Below are positions 9,537-17,777 of a stretch of 31,228 nt of DNA, piece after piece. Positions within the stretch are counted from its first letter, which is position 1; every line of letters begins with the position of its first letter. Made by a program: the position numbers and the translations under genes. Source of the DNA: a virus (taxonomy: Duplodnaviria; Caudoviricetes); IMG/VR virus record IMGVR_UViG_3300032328_000072, positions 1 to 31,228 of that record, one strand, 5' to 3'. A model generated the notes under the pieces. It saw only the letters and a program-made list of their open reading frames with translations. It was not told the origin of the DNA and did not search any database.

Positions 9537-11219
9537 TTATCCTGTCTTTTTCACCTGTGAAGTCAAGCCTGCGATGTTGCTTATAGGCGTTAAATTCGCA
9601 GTGCTTGGCAAAGTTGTAGCTGGGCCACCTGCTGTTGGCTTTTTGACTGGAGCCGCCTTTTTGATTGGCATTAACTTTGACACATCTACCCTTTGAGGTG
9701 GAGGAGCAACCTTTGGTCTAACCGCCTGCAATCCGCCAGTTGGGCGACGTGGCGGAACATTACGCGATTGAGGCTTTTTGGGTGCAAGTCCAGTCTTAAT
9801 TAAGTTTCCAACGGTCGCAACCAAAGGCTTAGTAAAGTCAGTTGGCTTGAGGTTTAAAGACGAAGTCATCTTGTCCACAACAGTTGGTGGTGCAACCGCA
9901 TTCAAACCACCAGTTGGTTGTTCTTCTGTTTTGTCTTGCGCTAAATTGCTAGACAACAAATCTTGAGAAATTGGGGCTTCAGATACAACCGCAGGTTTAG
10001 TGGTGTCTAAATCAACTATAGGTGCAGGCGTCTCAACCAAAGCATTCAAACCACCTACAGGCTCTGTTGAAGCAAAAAGAGGAGCCTCTTCTGGTAATTC
10101 TTCAGCAATGTCAACTACGCTCTCAGGAAGGTTAGAGGCTTCAGCCAAAACACTGTCGCTAGAAAATGGTGTCTCTGCAACATTTGTGTCAGCAAAATCA
10201 GAAACGGTTTCAGCTTGAGGTGCTTCAGCCAATTGAGTATCTGGCAATACAGAAATATCATATGAGGGATTTCCGCCAGTGTATGAAGAAGATGTATTGT
10301 TTACGTTGCTTGTATCTTGAGATTCAGCAAATATGTTTGCAACATCAAATGTTCCTGCGTCGTTATCTATACCAATATCAGAAATTTGCACTTGGTTAAC
10401 AACTTCATTTGGAATGCCAGCGCCAGTTATTGATACATCAATTGGTTCGCCTTGCTTGTCCTTGTCATTCCAATCGACTGCGGTAGTGCGGAACTGTTCA
10501 TCAATTGTTTGATTGACTTCACGAACGCCATAGTCAACGCCTGAACTAACAGCGCTGTTTGTGAACGATGTCATGAAGTCACCCTTGCCAGTAACTTCAG
10601 CGGTGACACCAGCAGTGACTGCTCTTCTGCTTGCATTAAATACAGCAGTTGCGTCTTCTAAATCTAATCCATTTTCTTGAGCCAACGCAATGACGTCTGG
10701 CTTAACATAAGTGGCAACCTCACCTACACCGTCAGCAACTAGACTGCCAGTAAAGCCACCAGAAAAACCATCCTCAAAACTACCGCCTTTAATTTCTGCA
10801 ATAGTTCCGTTGACTAAACCCTTGCTGATAGCATCTCCAGCAAATTGGGAAACTGTTTCGTTAACTCCTGCCTCAATAAATGTTGAGGACACAGTTTCTG
10901 AAATAGAACTTCCAATACCAGCCCCAGCCGTAGAGCCAACATACGCAGTACCCATTGACAAGGCAATGTCTTCAAGGTCGCCACCTTTTGCGGCGGTAAC
11001 CGCCCCCGCAGTGAGATAAGGGGGAATGCCAAAAGAAGCCCCAGCAACAGCAAGCAAAACAGGAAGCGGGTCGTCAATTACCGCTTGAACAACGTCGCCG
11101 ACCTTTTCAACAGTATCGCTAATAAAGTCACCAACGTCTTCAACAACGTCACCAACGGACTCAAAAACGTCCCCAACAAAATCACCGACATCTTCAAAAA
11201 ACTCTACTACTCCTCCCAT
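9537..11219 (-). CDS. Putative internal virion protein with Met-Gly-Gly start and amphipathic N-terminus, 560 aa
   Basis: N-terminal MGGVVEFFEDVGDFVGDVFESVGDVVEDVGDF with repeated VGD, then hydrophobic Gly/Ala-rich segments, an acidic linker and a basic Pro-rich tail. First gene of the ejection cluster. Confidence 0.7.
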   Translation of the reverse strand: MGGVVEFFEDVGDFVGDVFESVGDVVEDVGDFISDTVEKVGDVVQAVIDDPLPVLLAVAGASFGIPPYLTAGAVTAAKGGDLEDIALSMGTAYVGSTAGAGIGSSISETVSSTFIEAGVNETVSQFAGDAISKGLVNGTIAEIKGGSFEDGFSGGFTGSLVADGVGEVATYVKPDVIALAQENGLDLEDATAVFNASRRAVTAGVTAEVTGKGDFMTSFTNSAVSSGVDYGVREVNQTIDEQFRTTAVDWNDKDKQGEPIDVSITGAGIPNEVVNQVQISDIGIDNDAGTFDVANIFAESQDTSNVNNTSSSYTGGNPSYDISVLPDTQLAEAPQAETVSDFADTNVAETPFSSDSVLAEASNLPESVVDIAEELPEEAPLFASTEPVGGLNALVETPAPIVDLDTTKPAVVSEAPISQDLLSSNLAQDKTEEQPTGGLNAVAPPTVVDKMTSSLNLKPTDFTKPLVATVGNLIKTGLAPKKPQSRNVPPRRPTGGLQAVRPKVAPPPQRVDVSKLMPIKKAAPVKKPTAGGPATTLPSTANLTPISNIAGLTSQVKKTG

Positions 11220-11221
11220 GA

Positions 11222-11665
11222 TTATTCCCTTTCAGGGCGCTTAGGCCCAAGTTTTACCGTGACGCGAAAACCTTTTTTGGTTTTTTCGGCTCGGTAACCC
11301 ATGCCCTCTTGGGGAGGGTTGCGTGAGATTGCTTTGAAGATGTTAAAAATTGTTGGGTCTTCAAACTCGCTTGCAAGCGTGTCAAACCCCATCTTGTAAG
11401 CGGCTTGAATAAAAGTGTATGAATTTTCTAAATAGTTTCGAGCGGTGTCTGCGTTTAGGGCGCGAAAGACTCCAGTGCGACCTTCAGCGTTATGAATAAT
11501 AAAAAGGGTGTTGCCTTCGCGAAAGATAGATGTGCCGGGCAGATTCATCTCTTTCACCATTGCCGCATACACAGTAGATGCAGGATATGGCGTCTTAGTC
11601 TCCTGAGCCGCAATCATCATGATTGCCTCCGTACTCAGTTCCTTTTCTTTGCTGTCGACTAGCAT
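11222..11665 (-). CDS. Hypothetical protein; candidate GNAT-fold acyltransferase (positional analogue of T7 gp13/P22 gp14)
   Basis: About 147 aa with an alpha-alpha-beta-beta-beta-alpha-beta pattern, located between the nozzle and ejection genes. ATG at 11665 overlaps the KAS stop (TGATG); alternative GTG at 11668. The ORF is solid, the fold is inferred. Confidence 0.45.
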   Translation of the reverse strand: MLVDSKEKELSTEAIMMIAAQETKTPYPASTVYAAMVKEMNLPGTSIFREGNTLFIIHNAEGRTGVFRALNADTARNYLENSYTFIQAAYKMGFDTLASEFEDPTIFNIFKAISRNPPQEGMGYRAEKTKKGFRVTVKLGPKRPERE

Positions 11666-12774
11666 CACATCCCCTTAAAAATTGCGGCGGAATAGATGTT
11701 TCCCATCCCAGCCGCCAGACTCATTATCAAACCATTAGGTGGTGTTGTCGATTCCGAAAGGAATACCGAATCGGTTTCAGTTCGGTTCTCAATCGCTGGT
11801 ACAACACCAGACCTAATATCGTTTAAAAGTAAAAGTGTCTCAAGCAATCCACTGCTACCCATCGTATGACCAATTTTTTGCTTATACGAGGTTGCAACGA
11901 AGTCTTGTAGCGTTTGGGTCAAGGCGTTCTTTTCAGCCTTGTTGTTGGACGCTGTTCCAGTGCCGTGGGTTTTGACTATTTTAATCTCATCTGGGGAAAT
12001 ATTGCCATAGCGCATTGCCCCAGCCATAGCTTTAATAAACCCCTCCCCATCCTCACACTGCCCAATTGCATTCGTTGAGCGCTCTGAGGCGCTATACGCT
12101 GACACCAAACGTGCATGGGGCTTGATTTGTTGTTGAGTCACAGCATCACGAGACTCAAATACCGCCAAAGCGGCTCCCTGACCAATCCGAAACCCAAAGT
12201 TAACCGAATCGAAAGAGGATGGCTTTATACCTTCCTGCTCTTGCTTTTCAGTCAATACAGCCTTGGAGTCACCAAAGAACTCAAGCACAGCGTTTGAAAC
12301 ACCATCTTCAACTGTCAACACAATCACACGGTCAAATTGGTAAAACTGAATAAGGTTCTGCACATCCATCATCACCTTGAGGCTTGAGGCGCAGGCGCTG
12401 GCATCGGTAGTGACCATGTCCATATCGCCAAAGGATTGAGCGATACGACCCGCATAGACCTGCGTCAAAGTGAATGGCAGGAACTTGTAGGTATAAGACA
12501 GGCGAGAGTCATAGGGACGTTGACCAATCCCAGCAAAGTGTGCATTTCCACCAGCAAGGATGAACGCTGTCTTGCCCACAGGATTCTCGCGTAGGTACGT
12601 CAGCAACTCAGGGTCAAGTACCTTCTCCGCCAATTTGTGGGGAACGTAGACCAAACCAGATTTGGTGCGGTTGTAGGTGTCTGGAAACCAATTCACCTTT
12701 TGGGGGTAGATGATGTCGTCAAAGAGTTCTACGTCCTGCGTGCAGGCTGTGCGGTAATGCGTGAGGTAAATCAT
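11665..12774 (-). CDS. Beta-ketoacyl-ACP synthase-like enzyme (FabB/FabF, KAS I/II family, divergent)
   Basis: Catalytic Cys in DASACASS, His in KTHGTGT, Lys/His in SYKQKIGHTMGSSGLLE, and GFRIGQGAALAVFE. ATG at 12774 overlaps the ACP stop (ATGA) with AGGAGG upstream. Confidence 0.92.
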   Translation of the reverse strand: MIYLTHYRTACTQDVELFDDIIYPQKVNWFPDTYNRTKSGLVYVPHKLAEKVLDPELLTYLRENPVGKTAFILAGGNAHFAGIGQRPYDSRLSYTYKFLPFTLTQVYAGRIAQSFGDMDMVTTDASACASSLKVMMDVQNLIQFYQFDRVIVLTVEDGVSNAVLEFFGDSKAVLTEKQEQEGIKPSSFDSVNFGFRIGQGAALAVFESRDAVTQQQIKPHARLVSAYSASERSTNAIGQCEDGEGFIKAMAGAMRYGNISPDEIKIVKTHGTGTASNNKAEKNALTQTLQDFVATSYKQKIGHTMGSSGLLETLLLLNDIRSGVVPAIENRTETDSVFLSESTTPPNGLIMSLAAGMGNIYSAAIFKGM

Positions 12775-13052
12775 TTGCACGCCTCCTTGACTTCTTCCAT
12801 AGAGGCTGGCTCTTTGGTTTTGTTTGCCATTACAAGGTCATAGAGTTCCTGAACAGACTTGGGAGCCCATTCCTTGCTGACAGCGTCGTCAATACCGTAA
12901 AGGTCGTCAAAGTACATCAGCATGACCAAGCCGTCGAGGCTGTCCAAACCGATGTCTTGGAACTCGTCTTCCATCGTCTCAGCGATGGATTCTTTGGCGT
13001 GGGCGGGTCTTGCTATCTTTGCCACATAGTTAAAAATTTCGATGAAGTTCAT
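12771..13052 (-). CDS. Acyl carrier protein
   Basis: 93-aa acidic protein with DIGLDSLD, the phosphopantetheine attachment Ser (codon near 12939-12941), followed by helix II, YGI and SVQELYDLV. Confidence 0.9.
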   Translation of the reverse strand: MNFIEIFNYVAKIARPAHAKESIAETMEDEFQDIGLDSLDGLVMLMYFDDLYGIDDAVSKEWAPKSVQELYDLVMANKTKEPASMEEVKEACK

Positions 13053-13309
13053 GTTGCCGTTTCCTGTGTTGATTCGTTGACTGCTCCGACCAAGGCTTGC
13101 GCCCAGTCATACCAGTTCTCGTAGATGTAGGGGCCGGGTATCCCCTCGTTCACAAAAATGTCGATGGCTTTTAACCCCGACGCCCAGTTCTTCCACTCCT
13201 CTTCGGGAGTGTTAATTGATAGCTGTTGCGCCGCATACGCCTCGCACATCAAACTCGACCAAGAGTTCCATGTGTGATACCGAGGGTCGTATACAAGCGG
13301 AAGCGCCAT
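13049..13309 (-). CDS. Hypothetical Trp-rich phage protein (86 aa)
   Basis: ATG at 13309 (MALPLVYDPRY...) lies right after the nozzle stop. Its own stop overlaps the ACP start (ATGA). Confidence 0.7.
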   Translation of the reverse strand: MALPLVYDPRYHTWNSWSSLMCEAYAAQQLSINTPEEEWKNWASGLKAIDIFVNEGIPGPYIYENWYDWAQALVGAVNESTQETAT

Positions 13310-13310
13310 A

Positions 13311-15566
13311 TTAACTTCCGTATGGTCTGGAGTCGCCCAAGGTAACTGAAAGCAAAACCTTACCCATTTGGTAATCACCTCCTTGTACGTTGCTTTTAAA
13401 AATCAAACGTATTTCGCGCCTTTGCTGGCGCATATCAATCTTGCCAGTGTTTGGGTCAAACACATAGGGTTCTGACGTAACGTCAACAGATTGAGCATAA
13501 GGACGACCAGTGACTTGAAAAGTCATCTCCCCTTGTTGAACAAAGTCAGGTTCCACCCTTTCCAAGTTCACCCAAAAATTGTCTCCAACAGGTGCAGTCT
13601 GAGCAGGCCCACCAGCCACAAAACCCAAGTCACTTGTTTGGAAATAGCTTTCAATGGCGTTGGCTTCGTCAGCAATAACTTCGTCAGTTCCAATCTCGTG
13701 TTGCCACAAAATTACTTGACCAGCAACAGTTTTAAAGTTTGCGGTCTCAACCGCTGTTGCTGTTGCGTTTGCAGACAAAGTCAAACTCAAACCAGAGAAC
13801 GACATGGCTCCTGATACAGCGCCACTATTGACCACAGACAACGTGATAGTCGTTCCCACAATATTGGTCACGACTGCATTTGTTCCAATGCCTGTACCAG
13901 TGACAGATTGATTTAACAAAATTCCAGTTGCGCTACTGACCACAATAGTGCTTGCTCCAGCAGAGCCTGTTGCAGTAGGTGACGCAACATTAGGCGCAAT
14001 CAAATTAATTAATGCACCAGAGGGAACGCTTGCAGACGAAACTTGTTGACCTACTGCAACCAAATTGTTGGGAGCAATCGTAATGACAGCGTTGGCATTG
14101 GTTGTTGAAATTGATGCCGTGAAAATTACTGTCTCTTCACTTAATGTTGCACCCGCATTGATGGGGTAGTGAAACACTTGAGAGAAGTACCCAGCAGTGC
14201 GACGAGCGCCTAAAGCCTCACCTGCGTCATACCAACAGTCTTCACGGACGTTGTAGATGATGCAGTCGTTGCACTCTTCAGAGTCGCCTGATGGGAAGAA
14301 CCACCAAATCTCGCCGAAGCGAGGAACCTTGTTGACAAAAACTTTTTGCTGTTGCGCATAGTTCAAGTTGTCAAAAAAGTAGTTTTGATTAAACGTGTTC
14401 TTGATTTCCTTGACCACACCGTTGTACATCAAGAAGCGGTCAACACCAATCCAATAGTAAATGCCGTCATACTCAATGACGCACTGACTAGAAAGAATGG
14501 ATGATTGGCTAGAAATAATGTCATAGCGCCAATAGAAGGTTTGAGGGCTTCCAGCAACTGTTACGGTGGTTGGGGTGTAGGACACACGAATAAGCGAATC
14601 AAGCGCCCAAAACAATCCAGAGGGGGCGTTAGAACCTCCTCGTACTGGCAAGCCTTTGACAATCTTTGTAGAGGCTACGTTGACCTCGTTCGCGTCAGCG
14701 CCGTTCCAATCAAATGGATTTCCAGCAACACAGTTCTTGATTAAGCCGTTGTCTCCATACACAAAAACGTAGGGGTGCAGAACGCATACGCCACCAGCAA
14801 CTTCAATGATGTCGCCTGTTGGGGTTGTGCCTGAAGTGTCCGTAAGGGGTGAAAGAACTGTGCCATTGATGTTTCCAGCCAAAACTGGCGTATTCGTAGT
14901 CTGGTCAATCTGGGCAAGGTTTTGACCGGGGTGCGCCAACAGCAACTGATTTCCAGAACCTTGAGCGTCAAACGTAGAGTCAAACTGCCACAGGTTTAAA
15001 TTGTTTTCGGCAAATCCGTCATTGATTGTGGCAACATTGATTGAGAATCCACTGCCCGTGCCGCCAATACTTGCCGCTGTAGCGCTCAACGTGTTGCCAA
15101 CCACATAGCCGTTGCCAGCCTTTGTCAGCGTCACGGTGGTCACCGTGTTGCCAGCCACCACGATAGTTGCTCTTGCACCAGAGCCAGCGCCACCAGTCAA
15201 CGTCACGTTGGTGTATGTACCATTGGTATATGTAGTTCCGCCAACAAGTGTATTGAGCGTCAGAATCAAACCTGTAAAGGTAAATTGATTGACGCCAGCA
15301 CCAATACCAAGGTTGTTGATGTTGACAACCTCAAGACCGTTGTTGTATCCATTAAAAACGGAGTTGATGCCATCAACTGAGTTAACGTAGATGCCGCGTG
15401 AGTAACCCTTAGCGTTGCTAACGATTGAGCGATAGCCACCTACTTTTCTTGGACGACCGCGTTGGAAACGAACCCAACGAGCGTCAGTATAAAAGTTCAT
15501 GTCAAAGATAGTACCGTCGCGTTGAACCCCCGGCAACGTGTCAATCGTAAAAACCTTTTTGACCAT
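13311..15566 (-). CDS. Tail nozzle / packaged-DNA stabilisation protein (P22 gp10 / T7 gp12-like)
   Basis: 751 aa, beta-rich. N-terminal PGVQRDGT...WVRFQRGRPRKVGG, propeller-like YYWIGVDRFLMYNG and EIWWFFPS...IIYNVREDCWY, and C-terminal RQQRREIRL. Confidence 0.75.
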   Translation of the reverse strand: MVKKVFTIDTLPGVQRDGTIFDMNFYTDARWVRFQRGRPRKVGGYRSIVSNAKGYSRGIYVNSVDGINSVFNGYNNGLEVVNINNLGIGAGVNQFTFTGLILTLNTLVGGTTYTNGTYTNVTLTGGAGSGARATIVVAGNTVTTVTLTKAGNGYVVGNTLSATAASIGGTGSGFSINVATINDGFAENNLNLWQFDSTFDAQGSGNQLLLAHPGQNLAQIDQTTNTPVLAGNINGTVLSPLTDTSGTTPTGDIIEVAGGVCVLHPYVFVYGDNGLIKNCVAGNPFDWNGADANEVNVASTKIVKGLPVRGGSNAPSGLFWALDSLIRVSYTPTTVTVAGSPQTFYWRYDIISSQSSILSSQCVIEYDGIYYWIGVDRFLMYNGVVKEIKNTFNQNYFFDNLNYAQQQKVFVNKVPRFGEIWWFFPSGDSEECNDCIIYNVREDCWYDAGEALGARRTAGYFSQVFHYPINAGATLSEETVIFTASISTTNANAVITIAPNNLVAVGQQVSSASVPSGALINLIAPNVASPTATGSAGASTIVVSSATGILLNQSVTGTGIGTNAVVTNIVGTTITLSVVNSGAVSGAMSFSGLSLTLSANATATAVETANFKTVAGQVILWQHEIGTDEVIADEANAIESYFQTSDLGFVAGGPAQTAPVGDNFWVNLERVEPDFVQQGEMTFQVTGRPYAQSVDVTSEPYVFDPNTGKIDMRQQRREIRLIFKSNVQGGDYQMGKVLLSVTLGDSRPYGS

Positions 15567-16795
15567 CAGTACGTTCCACCAGCAATGCCGCCAGAGAATG
15601 TTCCAGTACCCACAACTGACAATCCAGTCGCAGAAACCGTTGCACGAAGCGCCCCAAGGATTGCAATGTTGAACTCACCAGAAGCCGCTCTGTACACGCC
15701 CGTTGTAGTCTCTGATGAGAAATTCAACGATGGAGCGCCAACAGAGCCGTTACCCAAACTAATGGTCGATGAACCAGCCAAAACAGTGTTGGCGTTGTAC
15801 AAATTTACAGAGTCGCAAACCAACGTAGCCTGACTACCTGTAGTCAAAATAGCGGTATTGCCAGAACCCGTGGTGATTGTGACTGTGTAACCACCTGAAG
15901 TCTCATTGAGGATGTAGTACACCTGAACAGTTGCAGGCACAACAATTGTGACGTTGCCCGACAAAACTCCTGTGTACTTCTGAATCACATTAGAAGCCTC
16001 GGAGGCTGTCAGTGTGTACGAGCCAGACACCAAAACTTTGCTCAATTGAGTAAACGCAAACTGACTGTTTCGACCCAAACCAACGGTGTAGAACGTCGAA
16101 CCACTGCAAACAATAATGCAAGAGTCAGCAGGTTGAAGAACAATTGAGGCAGAGCCATTGATTGTGTTACCGCCACTTCCAGCAACAGTCAAAGCACCAG
16201 TGCCACTGTTGCGCACAAACATAAACCAATTGTCGCCAAGCGTAGACGCAAGGGTCATTGTCAAAGTGCCAGCGCCGCCAGTCCAAACATAGGTGCTTGA
16301 GCGGTCTGTTGCCAACGCTGTGTAACTAGAGGAGAAAGTAGTGACTGGCTGACTTTGATTCAACGTCTGACCAATTGCCAACAAACCGTATCCAGCAAGG
16401 GTGGCGGCGTCAGCGCCAGAAGAACCAATGCCGTAAGCAATGATGCCCCATGTGCCTGCGGTCGTAGTGTTGGTTGTGATGTAGATGTACTGCGCTTGAC
16501 CAGCGGCAACCGTGACAATAGTGTTTGCGCCTGTGTAGTCTTTGACAGTAACTGCAACAGCGCCGACGTTGCGAATCAAAGCATCTTGACCAACAGAGCC
16601 TTGATTGGCTGGAGGCATCCACAACTCGTTTGCCGTGGAGGCGGTTGACACCTCCATGATACGAGCGGCGGCGTCATCAGCAGTTGTGCCGTTGATGGGC
16701 CAAGTCAGTTGCAGGTCTGTGGTTAACGTAATGCGGCTGTAGGAAACGTCCGTTGGTTGGATGACATTACCTGTGAAGGGGCTGTTGAAACTCAT
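15566..16795 (-). CDS. Virion structural (tail/fibre-associated) protein, 409 aa
   Basis: Thr/Gly/Ser-rich beta protein with three similar modules (xxxRN/xxxNE-x-G-x-x-x-x-TV) and a GSVGAPSLNF...TGVY fibre motif. Confidence 0.65.
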   Translation of the reverse strand: MSFNSPFTGNVIQPTDVSYSRITLTTDLQLTWPINGTTADDAAARIMEVSTASTANELWMPPANQGSVGQDALIRNVGAVAVTVKDYTGANTIVTVAAGQAQYIYITTNTTTAGTWGIIAYGIGSSGADAATLAGYGLLAIGQTLNQSQPVTTFSSSYTALATDRSSTYVWTGGAGTLTMTLASTLGDNWFMFVRNSGTGALTVAGSGGNTINGSASIVLQPADSCIIVCSGSTFYTVGLGRNSQFAFTQLSKVLVSGSYTLTASEASNVIQKYTGVLSGNVTIVVPATVQVYYILNETSGGYTVTITTGSGNTAILTTGSQATLVCDSVNLYNANTVLAGSSTISLGNGSVGAPSLNFSSETTTGVYRAASGEFNIAILGALRATVSATGLSVVGTGTFSGGIAGGTY

Positions 16796-16797
16796 GA

Positions 16798-17433
16798 TTA
16801 GGTATCCAATACAGTTGCTTGGCGGTCACCAATACGCTGGACATCTTCAGCTTTCAAGGTCTGAATGATAAGGTCATAGTTCTGTTGCCACATAGGCATA
16901 CGCTCGTCATTCTTGACATAAGGCATAGCTTGCAACAAAGACCCATACAGCAACGCTTGTGGGGCGTAGGTGGTAAACCAATTGCTTTGGTTGGTGGAAT
17001 CAAGTGGCTGAAGCCGCTCGTAGTACAAAACCTCAAACTCATACGCCGCCGCAGGTGACGGAGAAACAAGCCAATGGGTGTAGTCGTAGTCCCCGTAATA
17101 AACAGGTACGCCCCTAGTGGTTGCATCAGGCGTGTACTCACGCAGGTACTCGTACTTGCGAAGCAACACAGGTTGTTTTACGCCTGCCACTGTGACGTTA
17201 AAAGACACTGTCTTGTGCCAACGAGCAGGTTTGTCAATGATGGGTTGACCAATAATCATGGTCGAAGTCTGAACCGTTAGGTTGCCAAGAAACTTTATTT
17301 GGCTGGCAATGATTTGCTCTGCCAACATAATGAACAAGGGAATCTTGGCAAGAGTATCCGCATCAGTACGGTCAAGGTAAGACTGAATGTTCTCGACCAA
17401 AGAGTCGTAAGTCATTACCGATGCGGTTGCCAT
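16798..17433 (-). CDS. Tail tubular protein A / adaptor-like protein
   Basis: 211 aa. Begins MTYDSLVENIQSYLDR...IPLFIMLAE and contains SPSPAAAYEFEVLYY and NWFTTYAPQALLYGSL, as in podovirus adaptor rings. Confidence 0.7.
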   Translation of the reverse strand: MATASVMTYDSLVENIQSYLDRTDADTLAKIPLFIMLAEQIIASQIKFLGNLTVQTSTMIIGQPIIDKPARWHKTVSFNVTVAGVKQPVLLRKYEYLREYTPDATTRGVPVYYGDYDYTHWLVSPSPAAAYEFEVLYYERLQPLDSTNQSNWFTTYAPQALLYGSLLQAMPYVKNDERMPMWQQNYDLIIQTLKAEDVQRIGDRQATVLDT

Positions 17434-17435
17434 AT

Positions 17436-17777
17436 TTACCCCACGTTTCGTTCAAAATGTGGACAGTCCACCAAAGATTTAAAGTTGCCACCCCAACGAT
17501 TCTTAGGGTGCAAAGTTTCCCAATAAGCACCCAATGGCGCAAGGATGCCCTTGTCCCATATTATCTGTCCATCCTTGAAGAAATTCAAGTCAATGGCAAG
17601 CCGCCTCAGATGGTTTGAATTTAAGGTTTTAGAGCGACCCGTCTGCACATAAATTGCCTGTTGCTCGGCAGTCCTGAACAATTCGCCACCAGTGACCTTA
17701 AAACCCTGCTCAGTGGCGTACCGAATCAAATTGCAGGCATCCAGCAGGAAAGCGGCCTGTTCGTCACTGAGGCTCAT
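17436..17777 (-). CDS. Endolysin, peptidase M15 family (Zn-dependent)
   Basis: R-T-x-x-Q-Q, SNHLRRLAIDL (His and Asp ligands), WGGNF and DCPHFE (His ligand). Confidence 0.9.
   Translation of the reverse strand: MSLSDEQAAFLLDACNLIRYATEQGFKVTGGELFRTAEQQAIYVQTGRSKTLNSNHLRRLAIDLNFFKDGQIIWDKGILAPLGAYWETLHPKNRWGGNFKSLVDCPHFERNVG

Noticed and set aside
5496-9539. In-frame stop + one codon + ATG junctions (9537/9533, 5500/5496; also 22325/22321, 26938/26934) suggesting stop read-through or a reassigned code
   Set aside because: Each downstream gene has a purine-rich RBS-like sequence overlapping the upstream end. TAA is used as a normal stop throughout, and genes are full length under the standard code.
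11665-13052. ACP/KAS as host contamination, chimeric assembly or a polyketide cluster
   Set aside because: Both genes overlap their phage neighbours' start and stop codons on the same strand, with no visible compositional break, and there are no other fab/PKS genes. Read mapping would still be the definitive check.
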